From a virus (taxonomy: Duplodnaviria; Caudoviricetes): a DNA stretch of 61,807 nt. The stretch is taken from positions 1 to 61,807 of the IMG/VR virus record IMGVR_UViG_3300042549_003657, one strand, 5' to 3'. Shown one piece after another: positions 51,700-61,681 of this stretch (positions within the stretch are counted from its first letter, which is position 1; every line of letters starts with the position of its first letter). The notes beneath the pieces were generated by a model. The model saw only the letters and a list, made by a program, of their open reading frames with translations. It did not search any database and was not told the origin of the DNA. Position numbers and translations under genes: made by a program.

Positions 51700-53221
51700 G
51701 GAACTCTCATCAGAGGCGATAGCCGCTTTGGTGGCAAACCTGCCCAGCATGCCGCTGGCAGAGAAGGAAGCCTTGCTGAGCGAGTTGGAAACGCTTGAGC
51801 ACAAGAAGCTCTTAAAGCGCTGCCGTGACGATTTTCTGACGTTCTGCGCCCACCTATACCCTGAGTGGAAAGAAGGCCCCCATCACCGCTATATGAAGCC
51901 GTTGCTGCACAAAGTGCGGGACGGTGAAGAGACGCGGCTGACGGTCAGCATGCCCCCACGCTTCGGTAAGTCGGAGACGATCGCCTATATGTTTGTGGCG
52001 TGGTACTTGGGGCACTTGCCTAGTCATCACATTATGATGGCCACCCACACGGCAGCGCTCTCCGCTGACTTTGGGCGTAAGGTGCGCAACCTGCTCGACA
52101 CAAAAGCGTACCGGGAGATATTCCCCAACACCACCGTCTCTAAAGATAAGAGCGCGGCAGACAACTGGACAACGACCGCAGGCGGCAAGTATCTGGCCAT
52201 CGGTATCGGCGCTAACGTAGCTGGGCACGGCGCCCACCTTCTGGTGGTCGATGACTTGGTCTCGGAACAGTCGGTCTTGGCCAACCCCGATCATGCGTTC
52301 TCCGTGGCGTGGGAGTACATGCAGGTTGGCCCTATACAGCGCTTGATGCCCGGCGGGCGCATTATTATGATCGGCACACGCTGGGGTAAGAAGGATCCGA
52401 TCGGCAGGGCGCTGGCCTGGGCAGAGAACAACCCCAACAGCACGCCTTGGACTGAAGTGCGGTTCCCAGCCATCCTGCCGTCTGGCAAGAGCTTGTGGCC
52501 TGAGCAGTGGCCCGTGGATCAGTTGCTGGCAAAGAAGGCCGGTATGCAGCCCCAGTTCTGGGCCGCTCAGTACATGCAGGAGCCCACCTCGGAAGAAGGC
52601 GCCATCCTCAAGCGCGAGTGGTGGCAGATATGGGAGAAGGACGACCCGCCCGATGTGGAGTTTGTGATCCAGGTTTGGGATACGGCGCACGACACGAAGA
52701 GTCATAATGACTTTAGCGCCTGTATTACATGGGGTGTGTGGTTCAACGAAGAAACCAACCGCCATGAGATCATCATGCTCAACGCGGTCAAGGGGCGTTG
52801 GGAGTTCCCACAGCTCAAGCAAAAGGCGATGGACGAGTACAAGGAGTGGCAGCCCGAGTGTCTGCTGATCGAGAAGAAGGCCGCCGGTGCCCCGCTCATC
52901 CAGGAGCTTCGTCAGATGGAGCTGATTGTTGAAGACTACAGCCCGTCACGCGCAGGCGCAGGTGTGTCCAACGACAAGAGAGCGCGAGTTAACTCGGTAG
53001 CACCCATGCTGTTCGATAAAGTTGTCTGGGCGCCAGACCACCGCTGGGCGTTCGAGGTGATAAATGAATGCGCGGAGTTTCCTCACGGCGAGCACGATGA
53101 CTTCGTAGACTGTGTTTCAATGGCCCTGGCGCGCTATAGACGCGGGGGCTTTGTGTCGCTATCGTCTGACCGCAAAGATGAGCCGCAGTTATTTCGCCGG
53201 CGCTCTGCTGCCTACTATTAA
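51692..53221 (+). CDS. terL: Terminase large subunit
   Basis: MPPRFGKS Walker A; LLVVDD Walker B; GTRW; YMQEP; nuclease motifs WDTA, IEKKAAG and HDDFVD. Confidence 0.95.
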   Translation: MLEELSSEAIAALVANLPSMPLAEKEALLSELETLEHKKLLKRCRDDFLTFCAHLYPEWKEGPHHRYMKPLLHKVRDGEETRLTVSMPPRFGKSETIAYMFVAWYLGHLPSHHIMMATHTAALSADFGRKVRNLLDTKAYREIFPNTTVSKDKSAADNWTTTAGGKYLAIGIGANVAGHGAHLLVVDDLVSEQSVLANPDHAFSVAWEYMQVGPIQRLMPGGRIIMIGTRWGKKDPIGRALAWAENNPNSTPWTEVRFPAILPSGKSLWPEQWPVDQLLAKKAGMQPQFWAAQYMQEPTSEEGAILKREWWQIWEKDDPPDVEFVIQVWDTAHDTKSHNDFSACITWGVWFNEETNRHEIIMLNAVKGRWEFPQLKQKAMDEYKEWQPECLLIEKKAAGAPLIQELRQMELIVEDYSPSRAGAGVSNDKRARVNSVAPMLFDKVVWAPDHRWAFEVINECAEFPHGEHDDFVDCVSMALARYRRGGFVSLSSDRKDEPQLFRRRSAAYY

Positions 53222-53229
53222 GGATCCTT

Positions 53230-55716
53230 ATGGCTACCAATTTCATGGACAAGGGCCTGTACCAAGCCCCCCAAGGTCTAGAGCAAGAAGAAGCGGAACC
53301 GATCGAGATTGAGATCGTTGATCCCGAAGAAGTCTCCATCCACGCTGGAGGTCTAGACCTCACCATTACGCCCAAAGAGCCCAGTGCGGAAGACTTCAAC
53401 GCCAACCTCGCCGAGTATATGGACGCGGGCAAGATGCAGGCGCTGGCCTCTGAGTTGGACTCAGACATTCAGAACGACCGCAGCAGCCGCAAGGACTGGG
53501 AACAAGCCTACGTCGACGGCTTGAAGCTGCTGGGCCTCAAGTATGAGGAGCGCACAGAGCCCTGGAACGGTGCCTGCGGCGTGTTCCACCCCATGATCAC
53601 TGAGGCAGTGGTGCGGTTCCAAAGCGAGATGATCACCGAGACGTTCCCGGCAGCAGGCCCAGTCAAGGCCAAAATCATCGGTAAAGAAACGCCTGCGAAG
53701 AAAGAGTCTGCCACACGTGTCGTCGACGACATGAACTACCAGTTGACCGAGCGCATGCAGGAGTTCAGGCCAGAGCACGAGAGAATGCTGTGGAACCTGC
53801 CGGCAGCAGGCAGCGCGTTCAAGAAAGTGTACTTTGACCCCAGTTTAGACCGTCAAAGCTCGATTTTTATCCCCGCAGAAGACATTTTGCTGCCCTACGG
53901 CGTCACTGATGCACGCTCGTCGTACCGCGTAACGCACGTTATGCGCAAGACAAAAAACGAGATTTTGAAGCTCCAGCAGGCCGGTTTCTACTGCGAAACC
54001 GATATTGGCGAGCCAGAACACACCAAAGACGACATCCAGAAGGCCAAAGACAGCGAGACCGGCTTCAGCGACATCAACGACGAGCGGTTTGTTCTATATG
54101 AGTGCTGCGTTGACCTCGACCTGCCCGGATTCGAGGACGAGGAAGACGGCGAGCCTACCGGCATCGCACTGCCGTACGTCATCACGCTCATCCGTGGCAC
54201 GAACACCGTGCTGGCCATCCGCCGGAACTGGAAAGAAGAAGACGAACTCAAGCTCAAGCGTCAACACTTCGTCCAGTACAACTACATCCCCGGCTTTGGC
54301 CCCTACGGCTTCGGCTTGTTCCACCTGATCGGTGGCTTCGCCAAGTCGGCAACCTCCATCATGCGCCAGTTGGTGGACGCAGGAACACTGTCTAACCTGC
54401 CCGGCGGTCTGAAGTCTCGCGGTCTGCGCATCAAGGGTGACGACACCCCGATCGCTCCAGGCGAGTGGCGCGACGTGGACGTCGGCTCTGGCGCCATGCG
54501 CGACAGCATCCTGCCCCTGCCGTATAAAGAACCAAGCGGCACGCTGTACAACCTGCTCAACACCATCGTTGAAGAAGGCCGTCGCTTCGCAGCTACCGCC
54601 GACATGCAGGTCAGCGACATGTCAGCCCAGGCGCCGGTGGGCACCACCCTGGCACTGCTGGAGCGCCAGCTCAAGGTCATGACGGCTGTGCAGGCACGGG
54701 TTCACTATGCACTCAAGCAAGAACTGGGCCTGATCAAAGACATCATCGCCGACTACGCCGATGAGGACTACAGCTACGAGCCTGAGACCGGTCGCCAGAG
54801 CGCTCGCAAAGAGGACTTCAAGCATGTCGATATCATCCCGGTGTCCGACCCGAACGCGTCCACGCTGGCACAGCGCGTCGTACAGTACCAAGCAGTCATC
54901 CAGCTCGCCCAGAGCGCGCCACAGATCTACGACCTGCCCCAGTTGCACCGAGGCATGCTGGAGGTTCTGGGCATCAAGAACCCCGAGAAGCTAGTCGCGC
55001 TGCCGGACGATCAGAAGCCCGTCGACCCCGTGACCGAGAACATGTTCGTGCTCAAGGGCAAGCCCCTCAAGGCGTTCATTCACCAGGATCACGAGGCCCA
55101 CATCCAGGTACACACCGCGATGATGCAGGATCCCGTGGTTCAGAAGCTGATGGGGCAGAACCCCCAGGCGCAGGCCATGTTTGGAGCCATCCAAGCACAC
55201 ATCGCCGAGCACGTTGGCTATGGCTACCGTCAGAAGATCGAGCAACAGCTCGGTATGGCCCTGCCGCCAGAAGACGAGAAGCTGCCACCAGAAGTTGAGA
55301 TCGCCATGTCCGGCATGATGGCCCAGGCTGCCCAGCAGGTGCTGCAGCAGAACCAAGCAATGGCTGCACAACAGCAAGCCCAGCAACAAGCCCAGGATCC
55401 TGTGCTGCAGATGCAGCAGCAAGAACTGCAGCTTCGCTCCCGCGAGCTGGACATCAAGGAAAAGCAGATGCAGGTCAACGCGGCTGCCGAGTCCGATCGC
55501 ATCGACATCGAGCGCGAAAAGATGGAGAACACGTCCGAACTCAACATGCTCAAGATCAGCAAGGACGTCGAGTACAAGCAGCAGAGTCGCCAAGACCAGC
55601 AACAACGCGAAGGCGTGCGCATGGGCATCGACATCGCCAAGAGCAAACAGCAAGCCGCTATGCAGGCGCGTCAAGCCGCCATGCAGAGCCAACAGAAGAA
55701 AACGACTAAGGAGTAA
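53230..55716 (+). CDS. Portal protein (P22-like, long C-terminal coiled coil)
   Basis: Follows TerL; 828 aa; GSAFKKVYFD, GFGPYGFGL, LVDAGTLSNLPGG; Q-rich barrel-like tail. Confidence 0.9.
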   Translation: MATNFMDKGLYQAPQGLEQEEAEPIEIEIVDPEEVSIHAGGLDLTITPKEPSAEDFNANLAEYMDAGKMQALASELDSDIQNDRSSRKDWEQAYVDGLKLLGLKYEERTEPWNGACGVFHPMITEAVVRFQSEMITETFPAAGPVKAKIIGKETPAKKESATRVVDDMNYQLTERMQEFRPEHERMLWNLPAAGSAFKKVYFDPSLDRQSSIFIPAEDILLPYGVTDARSSYRVTHVMRKTKNEILKLQQAGFYCETDIGEPEHTKDDIQKAKDSETGFSDINDERFVLYECCVDLDLPGFEDEEDGEPTGIALPYVITLIRGTNTVLAIRRNWKEEDELKLKRQHFVQYNYIPGFGPYGFGLFHLIGGFAKSATSIMRQLVDAGTLSNLPGGLKSRGLRIKGDDTPIAPGEWRDVDVGSGAMRDSILPLPYKEPSGTLYNLLNTIVEEGRRFAATADMQVSDMSAQAPVGTTLALLERQLKVMTAVQARVHYALKQELGLIKDIIADYADEDYSYEPETGRQSARKEDFKHVDIIPVSDPNASTLAQRVVQYQAVIQLAQSAPQIYDLPQLHRGMLEVLGIKNPEKLVALPDDQKPVDPVTENMFVLKGKPLKAFIHQDHEAHIQVHTAMMQDPVVQKLMGQNPQAQAMFGAIQAHIAEHVGYGYRQKIEQQLGMALPPEDEKLPPEVEIAMSGMMAQAAQQVLQQNQAMAAQQQAQQQAQDPVLQMQQQELQLRSRELDIKEKQMQVNAAAESDRIDIEREKMENTSELNMLKISKDVEYKQQSRQDQQQREGVRMGIDIAKSKQQAAMQARQAAMQSQQKKTTKE

Positions 55717-55919
55717 TGTCCGTCATGATGAAAGACTTCGCACGCGTACTGCGCGATAAGCTACGCACGGACATGAATAACTACGCTGACGACCTCTCGG
55801 GAGGGGGTTGTCGGTCGTTTGACGAGTATCAGAAACTCTGCGGCGTGATTCAAGGTCTAGCGATCGCCGAGTCCCACCTTTTGACCTTGCTAGAGAAAGT
55901 CGAACAATCAGATGAGTAA
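55716..55919 (+). CDS. Small conserved head-module protein
   Basis: AAGGAG RBS; EYQKLCGVIQGL motif. Confidence 0.75.
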   Translation: MSVMMKDFARVLRDKLRTDMNNYADDLSGGGCRSFDEYQKLCGVIQGLAIAESHLLTLLEKVEQSDE

Positions 55920-56340
55920 CCTCATTTTGCCCCCAGGTGTCAGCCTGCCCGAACCGATTCAACCCATCGACAAGCCGGAAGATGCTCCGCAAGAGCAAAA
56001 GGCCACGCAGGTTCCCCAACCTACGGGCTACAAACTTCTGTGCGTAGTTCCTGATGTTTCAGACAAGTTTGAAAATTCCTCGATCGTTAAGGCCGAGTCT
56101 TTCATGAAGTCTGAAGAGCATGCGACGACCGTGATGTTCGTGTTGAAGGTAGGCCCCGACGCATATAAGGATGCAGCCAAGTTCCCTTCCGGCGCGTGGT
56201 GTAAGGAAGGCGACTTCGTACTTGTTCGTACCTACTCTGGCACCCGGTTCAAGATCTACGGCAAAGAGTTCCGGCTGCTCAACGATGACCAGATCGACGC
56301 TGTTGTGGACGACCCCCGTGGCATTAGCCGCGCTGCATAA
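55912..56340 (+). CDS. groES: GroES-like co-chaperonin
   Basis: PTGYKLL, VLKVGPDAY, CKEGDFVL..YSG..RLLNDDQIDAVV. Confidence 0.85.
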   Translation: MSNLILPPGVSLPEPIQPIDKPEDAPQEQKATQVPQPTGYKLLCVVPDVSDKFENSSIVKAESFMKSEEHATTVMFVLKVGPDAYKDAAKFPSGAWCKEGDFVLVRTYSGTRFKIYGKEFRLLNDDQIDAVVDDPRGISRAA

Positions 56341-56349
56341 GGAGCTACC

Positions 56350-57288
56350 ATGACTGAAGAATACAAGTTCCCGGATGAAGAAGACAAGAAGGTCTCCGTT
56401 GAAGCGGATGACGCCTTTGAAGTCGAGATCGTTGACGACACTCCTGCAAAAGACCGTGGCCGCAAGCCGCTGGATCGTGAAGTTAGCGACCCGTCTGATG
56501 ATGAGCTGGAGGCGTACTCCGACGGCGTCAAGAAGCGTATCAAAGAGCTTACTCATGCACGACACGATGAGCGCCGCGCCAAAGAAACGACGCTGCGCGA
56601 GAAGCAAGAACTCGAACGGATCGCCCAAGCGCTGATCGACGAGAACCGCCGACTCAAGAATCAGTACAACGAAGGCGCCAAGCAGTACGCCGAGACCGCC
56701 AGCTCTGCCGCAGAGATGGAGTTGGATAACGCACGTAAGAAATTGAAGGCCGCGCACGAGGCTTTTGATACTGATGCGATTATTTCGGCTCAAGAAGAAA
56801 TGGCGGATGCCAAACTACGTCTTCAACAGGCTAAGTACGCAAAGCAGGTCGCTTTACAGCCTCAAGAAGAAGTGGTACAAATCCCTCAACAAGTGCAACA
56901 GGCACCCCAAGTCGATGACAAGACTCTGCGCTGGCAGGCAAAAAACCAGTGGTTTGGGGCTGCGGGGCACGAGGAAATGACCAGCTTCTCACTAGGGCTG
57001 CATCAAAAACTAGTGAATTCGGGGGTTGACCCTCGCTCTGATGAGTACTTCGAGCAAATTGATGCTCGCATGCGTTCGGTGTTTTCGGATTTCTTTGGCT
57101 CGGACAATACTCAAAAGTCCGGTGATGGATCCAAGCGGCCAGCAACCGTCGTGGCGCCGGGGACTCGCTCCACTGGTGCAAGAAAGATTCAGCTTACGTC
57201 TACGCAAGTCGCGTTGGCACGCAAGTTCGGTCTTACCCCACAGCAATACGCGGCTGAAATCGCAAAAATGGAGAAATCAAATGGCTGA
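56350..57288 (+). CDS. Capsid scaffolding protein
   Basis: AAGGAG RBS; acidic N-terminus, coiled coil, C-terminal LTSTQVALARKFGLTPQQYA. Confidence 0.8.
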   Translation: MTEEYKFPDEEDKKVSVEADDAFEVEIVDDTPAKDRGRKPLDREVSDPSDDELEAYSDGVKKRIKELTHARHDERRAKETTLREKQELERIAQALIDENRRLKNQYNEGAKQYAETASSAAEMELDNARKKLKAAHEAFDTDAIISAQEEMADAKLRLQQAKYAKQVALQPQEEVVQIPQQVQQAPQVDDKTLRWQAKNQWFGAAGHEEMTSFSLGLHQKLVNSGVDPRSDEYFEQIDARMRSVFSDFFGSDNTQKSGDGSKRPATVVAPGTRSTGARKIQLTSTQVALARKFGLTPQQYAAEIAKMEKSNG

Positions 57289-57736
57289 AGCAACTTCCCG
57301 CACACCCCGTGATCTGGCATCACGCGAAAAAACTGCTCGTATGGTGTACACACCCCCGAGTACCTTGCCTGACCCTACTCCTGAGCCTGGGTATGTGTAT
57401 CGCTGGGTAGCGACGCACGTTCTGGGACAGTCTGATCCTACCAACGTGTCTAAGAAGTTGCGCGAAGGTTGGGAACCGGTCAAGGCGTCTGACCACCCTG
57501 AACTGATGTTGCTTGGTAGCAAGACAGGAAACGTCGAAATCGGCGGCCTCATGCTCTGCAAGATGGCCAAAGAACGTGCGCAAGCCCGTGACGCTTACTA
57601 CGCCAACCAAGCACAAGCGCAGGTGGACTCAGTCGACAACAACTTTATGCGAAACAACGACCCCCGTATGCCGCTGTTCTCGGAGAAGAAATCTTCGACC
57701 AGTCGTGGCGGCGGGAGTTTTGGTTCTGGTACTTAA
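57281..57736 (+). CDS. Conserved head-module protein
   Basis: GGAG RBS before the ATG at 57281; GYVYRWV..REGWEPV..GGLMLCK. Confidence 0.75.
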   Translation: MAEATSRTPRDLASREKTARMVYTPPSTLPDPTPEPGYVYRWVATHVLGQSDPTNVSKKLREGWEPVKASDHPELMLLGSKTGNVEIGGLMLCKMAKERAQARDAYYANQAQAQVDSVDNNFMRNNDPRMPLFSEKKSSTSRGGGSFGSGT

Positions 57737-57749
57737 CTAGGAGTCTTAT

Positions 57750-58373
57750 ATGGCCGCAACGCTCTCTCCCTACGGGCTTAAGCCCGTAAACTTGATTGGT
57801 GGGCAGTCTTACGCGGGTTCTACTCGCGAAATCAAGCTGTCTACCAACAACTCCGCCGCTATTTTCAATGGTGACGTGGTTCAACTGTCTTCGGCAGGTA
57901 ATCCGGCAGCTTTGGCTGCGACCCCCACTGCCGGCACCACCGCCGGTATCGTCGGTGTTTGCCTGGGTGTTCGGTACGTTAACCCCGCCACCAAGCAGCC
58001 CACCTTCGCTCAGTTCTTGCCTGCTAACGCGATCACCAACGGCTACACAGACGTGTTTCTCGTTGTTGCGGACGATCCTGATCTGGTGTTCCAAGTGCAA
58101 GGCACTGCCGCTTTCGGCACTCTGACCAACGGCGCTGCTGGCGCAGTCGGCAAGAACGCTGCTCTGGGCTTCTCCACTGCCGGTAGCACGTCCACCGGTA
58201 ACTCTGGCGTCAATTTGGTTGTTGGCGTTAACGGCGCTTCTTTGGCGCTGACCGCTACCTTGGCAATGCGCGTTGTTGGCGTGGTTGCTGGCACTGAGAC
58301 TGATGCTTTCCCAGAACTCCTGGTGAAGTTCAATCACAGCACGCATTCGTACTACCTCGCCACCGGCGTCTAA
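57750..58373 (+). CDS. Capsid decoration/cement protein
   Basis: AGGAG RBS; PYGLKPV, IFNGDVV, VADDPDLVFQVQ; directly upstream of the MCP. Confidence 0.7.
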   Translation: MAATLSPYGLKPVNLIGGQSYAGSTREIKLSTNNSAAIFNGDVVQLSSAGNPAALAATPTAGTTAGIVGVCLGVRYVNPATKQPTFAQFLPANAITNGYTDVFLVVADDPDLVFQVQGTAAFGTLTNGAAGAVGKNAALGFSTAGSTSTGNSGVNLVVGVNGASLALTATLAMRVVGVVAGTETDAFPELLVKFNHSTHSYYLATGV

Positions 58374-58383
58374 GGAGTAAATA

Positions 58384-59316
58384 ATGGCTATTTCACGCGC
58401 ACAACTGCTTAAGGAACTCCTGCCCGGCTTGAACGCACTGTTCGGCTTGGAGTACGCTCGCTACGGCGAAGAGCACAAGGAAATCTACGACATCGAGAAA
58501 TCGGAACGTAGCTTTGAAGAAGAAACCAAGCTGGCCGGTTTCGGCGCAGCCCCGGTGAAGAACGAAGGCGCTGCCATTGCTTATGACAATGCGCAAGAAG
58601 CTTTCACTTCCCGCTACACCCACGAAACCATCGCCCTGGGCTTCTCCATCACTGAAGAAGCTGTGGAAGACAACCTGTATGACAGTCTGTCTGCCCGCTA
58701 CACCAAGGCTCTGGCTCGCGGTATGGCTTACACCAAGCAAGTCAAGGGCGCTTCCGTTCTGAACAATGCGTTCAGCGGCAGCTTCCTTGGCGGCGACGGT
58801 GTCTCCCTGTGCGGCGTCAATTCCGGCGGCTCCCGTGTCGGCCACCCCCTGGTCAACGGCTCTGTTAACTACAACAGCCCCGCCACTGGCGTCGACTTGA
58901 ACGAGACTTCCCTGGAAGCCGCGATCATTCAAATCGCTGCCTGGACTGACGAGCGTGGTCTGCTGATCGCTGCCAAGCCACGTAAGCTGGTCATTCCCCC
59001 AGCGTACATGTTCGTTGCCAAGCGTCTGATGGACACGGAACTGCGCGTCTCGACCACTGATAACGATATCAACGCTATCAAACAGTTGGGCGCCATTCCT
59101 GAAGGCTACTGCGTCAACCACTTCTTGACCGACGTGAACGGCTGGTTCTTGCTGACCGACGTGCCCAACGGCCTGAAGCACTTTGAGCGTTCGCCTATGG
59201 CAACCTCCATGGACGGTGATTTTGATACCGGTAACGTGCGTTACAAAGCTCGTGAACGGTACAGCTTTGGCTGGAGTGATGCGTTGGGGCTGTGGGGCTC
59301 CTCTGGTTCTACCTGA
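58384..59316 (+). CDS. Major capsid protein (HK97 fold, Mu gpT-like)
   Basis: AAGGAG RBS; KELLPGLNALFG, KNEG, PRKLVIPP, RYKARERYSFGWSD; biased codon usage; followed by a terminator. Confidence 0.92.
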   Translation: MAISRAQLLKELLPGLNALFGLEYARYGEEHKEIYDIEKSERSFEEETKLAGFGAAPVKNEGAAIAYDNAQEAFTSRYTHETIALGFSITEEAVEDNLYDSLSARYTKALARGMAYTKQVKGASVLNNAFSGSFLGGDGVSLCGVNSGGSRVGHPLVNGSVNYNSPATGVDLNETSLEAAIIQIAAWTDERGLLIAAKPRKLVIPPAYMFVAKRLMDTELRVSTTDNDINAIKQLGAIPEGYCVNHFLTDVNGWFLLTDVPNGLKHFERSPMATSMDGDFDTGNVRYKARERYSFGWSDALGLWGSSGST

Positions 59317-59353
59317 TGAAACCCCAGTAAAATCAAGCACTTAGCTAGATTTT

Positions 59354-59380
59354 AAGCCCCCTTGCGGGGGCTTTTTCTTT
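59354..59380 (+). terminator. Rho-independent terminator after the MCP
   Basis: aagccccc-ttgc-gggggctt-tttcttt. Confidence 0.87.
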
Positions 59381-59464
59381 GCCTGATAGGTATAAAACCA
59401 GCGAGCGTTACAGATCAAAACAATACCTGTAACTAAGTTTGTAACGTACGTTTTTAGCGGTTGC

Positions 59465-59493
59465 TTGCCCCATCTTCGCCAAAGTGATATAAC
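59465..59493 (+). promoter_or_regulatory. Putative sigma70 promoter
   Basis: TTGCCC-17 bp-TATAAC with extended TG. Confidence 0.6.
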
Positions 59494-59500
59494 CGTGTAA

Positions 59501-59575
59501 CCCCGGGAACCCCGGCGAGTCTGACAGTCCCGGCTGACGACATGCAGACAGGCTCGCTTAACTCGCATGTGAGAT
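59501..59575 (+). ncRNA. Putative pseudoknotted 5' leader RNA
   Basis: GCGAGTCTG/CAGGCTCGC, ACATGC/GCATGT and CCGGGA/TCCCGG pairings. Confidence 0.5.
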
Positions 59576-59579
59576 CACC

Positions 59580-60053
59580 ATGAGTTTTTCTACATTTTCC
59601 GGCCCGATCCGTTCTGGCACCGTGCGCGAAGGTGCTGGCCGCAATACCGGATTGGTCAACTTGAGCCAATCCTACGACACGGGTGACCTGACCGGTTCCA
59701 TCGTTGGTAACATCGACGTTGTTCCTTTTATCGTCCCCAAAGGCACCCAGATCATCAACATCTTTGTTGATCAAGTTGTTGCTGCCACTGCGGGTACGAC
59801 GACGATTTCTGCCGGTACGACTGCGGGCGGCGCTGAGTTGATGGCGGCTGTTGCTACGACCGCTGGTGGCCGTTTCACGGGCACTGCTACTGCTGCGACC
59901 CAACTGGCTTGGCAAACCTCCACCACGGCTGACACGACGATCTACGTGCGTATCGCTGTTGGTACGGCTACGTTGACTGCTGGTCGTGCAATCGTCACGG
60001 TCGCTTACGCTCAACGTGCAGACAACGGTGCTCAGAACCCCCCTAGCGCTTAA
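59580..60053 (+). CDS. Virion structural protein (head decoration-like)
   Basis: STFSGPIRSG N-terminus; T/A/G-rich beta protein. Confidence 0.75.
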   Translation: MSFSTFSGPIRSGTVREGAGRNTGLVNLSQSYDTGDLTGSIVGNIDVVPFIVPKGTQIINIFVDQVVAATAGTTTISAGTTAGGAELMAAVATTAGGRFTGTATAATQLAWQTSTTADTTIYVRIAVGTATLTAGRAIVTVAYAQRADNGAQNPPSA

Positions 60054-60066
60054 TTAGGAGCCGGTA

Positions 60067-60321
60067 ATGGCAAAGACTAACTACAGCCCGACGTTCCCTA
60101 TGTACCCGGGCGGGGCAGTCGCTATTACGCCAAGTGACACCGTCAATCTGACCAACCCGGCGGTTGTCTACGCCGGTGTTGCGGGGAATGTGCGTGTGTT
60201 GACAGCGCAGGGCGACGATGTGACGTTTGTTGGCGTTTTGGCGGGTGTCGTGATTCCTGTGCAGGTCATTCGGGTTTTTGCAACAAGCACTACGGCGACG
60301 TCGTTAGTGGGGATTTACTAA
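60067..60321 (+). CDS. Head spike base protein (RcGTA Rcc01079-like)
   Basis: AGGAG RBS; AVAITPSD..VYAGVAGNVRV..VTF..G.VIPVQVIRVFAT.TTA. Confidence 0.78.
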   Translation: MAKTNYSPTFPMYPGGAVAITPSDTVNLTNPAVVYAGVAGNVRVLTAQGDDVTFVGVLAGVVIPVQVIRVFATSTTATSLVGIY

Positions 60322-60322
60322 A

Positions 60323-61672
60323 ATGTCCTTTGGCTTTGGGTTTGGTTTTCCCAGACGGGTTGGAGCAGCGCTGCGTGCGGCACTGGACTTCAACTTTCTT
60401 AGCGGATTACTTGACCCGAGGATTACGTTCACGCGGGCCAGCACCGGCACCTACGTCAACAGTTCCGGCGTGCTTACGAGTGCGGCAATCGACACCCCAC
60501 GGTTTGACTACGACCCTGTAACGATTGCACCCAAGGGGCTGCTGATTGAGGAGCAGCGGACGAACAGCATTCGTAACAATACGATGCAGGGGGCTGTGGC
60601 GGGGGCGCCGGGGACGTTGCCTACGAACTGGTCAACATCTACTGCGTTGACGGGTTTGACTCGTGAAGTTGTTGGCACAGGCACAGAAACCGGGGTCAGC
60701 TACATTGACATTCGCCTTAGCGGCACACCAAGCGCAGCAGGCACATATTTGCTTTTAGACGAAGCCAATAATGGAGTTGCCGCAATTACAGGGCAGGCGT
60801 GGACGCACTCTTTATTTGTTGCATTGGCGGCAGGATCAACAACAGGCGTAAGTTCAATTGCAACAGTTTTTGAAGAGCGAACAAGCGCAAACGCTTTTGT
60901 TTCGGAACAAGTTTCTACTGCATACACAGTAACGACAACAGCTTTGGGTGGGACGCGCCAAAGTAAAACAGCTACAACAAACGGCGGAGCAACGACGGCT
61001 TTTCTAAATGCGTACTTTAGAATTACGTTAACTGGTGCAGCAATAGACTTTACCATCCGCATTGGCCTACCCCAGCTAGAGCTAGGCGCCTTTGCCACCA
61101 GCGTAATCCCCACCACTACAACCGCAGCAACCCGCGCAGCGGATGTGGCGTCTGTTACGGGAACAAACTTCTCTAGTTGGTATAACCAGACGGAGGGGAC
61201 TGTTTTTGTGGAGCCTACGCTAACGGGGGCGCGCACTTTAGATGTGGCTTTCTTTAGACTTGACGACGGGACAAACGATAACCGTATTCAAAGCGGTACT
61301 GGCGCGGCATTTACGCTAATCAACTCGTTTCTTATCTTTGGCGGTGTCTCTCAAGGCAATAACGTCGTCGCTGTTTTGCCAACCGTTTTAGGTAAGTCGG
61401 CATTCGCTTTTGCAACAAACAGTTCTGTGACGGCGGCCAACGGGATAGTCGGAACAGCCGACACCACAGTCACAGTTCCGACAGGGCTAAACAGATTGCT
61501 TTTAGGTAGAGACGATACAACAGGCTACCTCAACGGACACCTCCGCTCCTTCAAATACTACGCCAGTCGCCTGAACAACGCCCAATTGCAAAGTCTAACG
61601 TATGTGGCAGCACCACAGCCAGGACTGGCACACACGCTACTGCAGATCGGTTTGACTGTACAAACAACGTAA
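60323..61672 (+). CDS. Head spike/fibre protein with a lectin-like domain
   Basis: ITFTRAS, PRFDYDP..GLLIEEQRTN, QLELGAFATSVIPT..TRAAD, LNGHLRSFKYY..RL. Confidence 0.8.
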   Translation: MSFGFGFGFPRRVGAALRAALDFNFLSGLLDPRITFTRASTGTYVNSSGVLTSAAIDTPRFDYDPVTIAPKGLLIEEQRTNSIRNNTMQGAVAGAPGTLPTNWSTSTALTGLTREVVGTGTETGVSYIDIRLSGTPSAAGTYLLLDEANNGVAAITGQAWTHSLFVALAAGSTTGVSSIATVFEERTSANAFVSEQVSTAYTVTTTALGGTRQSKTATTNGGATTAFLNAYFRITLTGAAIDFTIRIGLPQLELGAFATSVIPTTTTAATRAADVASVTGTNFSSWYNQTEGTVFVEPTLTGARTLDVAFFRLDDGTNDNRIQSGTGAAFTLINSFLIFGGVSQGNNVVAVLPTVLGKSAFAFATNSSVTAANGIVGTADTTVTVPTGLNRLLLGRDDTTGYLNGHLRSFKYYASRLNNAQLQSLTYVAAPQPGLAHTLLQIGLTVQTT

Positions 61673-61681
61673 GGAAATAGC

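Noticed and set aside
51854-55692. Antisense ORFs over terL and portal (322 aa, 233 aa and others)
   Set aside because: Shadow ORFs; the sense genes are unambiguous.
58393-59340. 315-aa antisense ORF over the major capsid gene
   Set aside because: Mirror of strong codon bias on the sense strand; no motifs or RBS.
59534-59575. Hammerhead ribozyme (CUGACGA present)
   Set aside because: The matching GAAA core and stem III/NUH are not evident; kept only as a generic structured leader.
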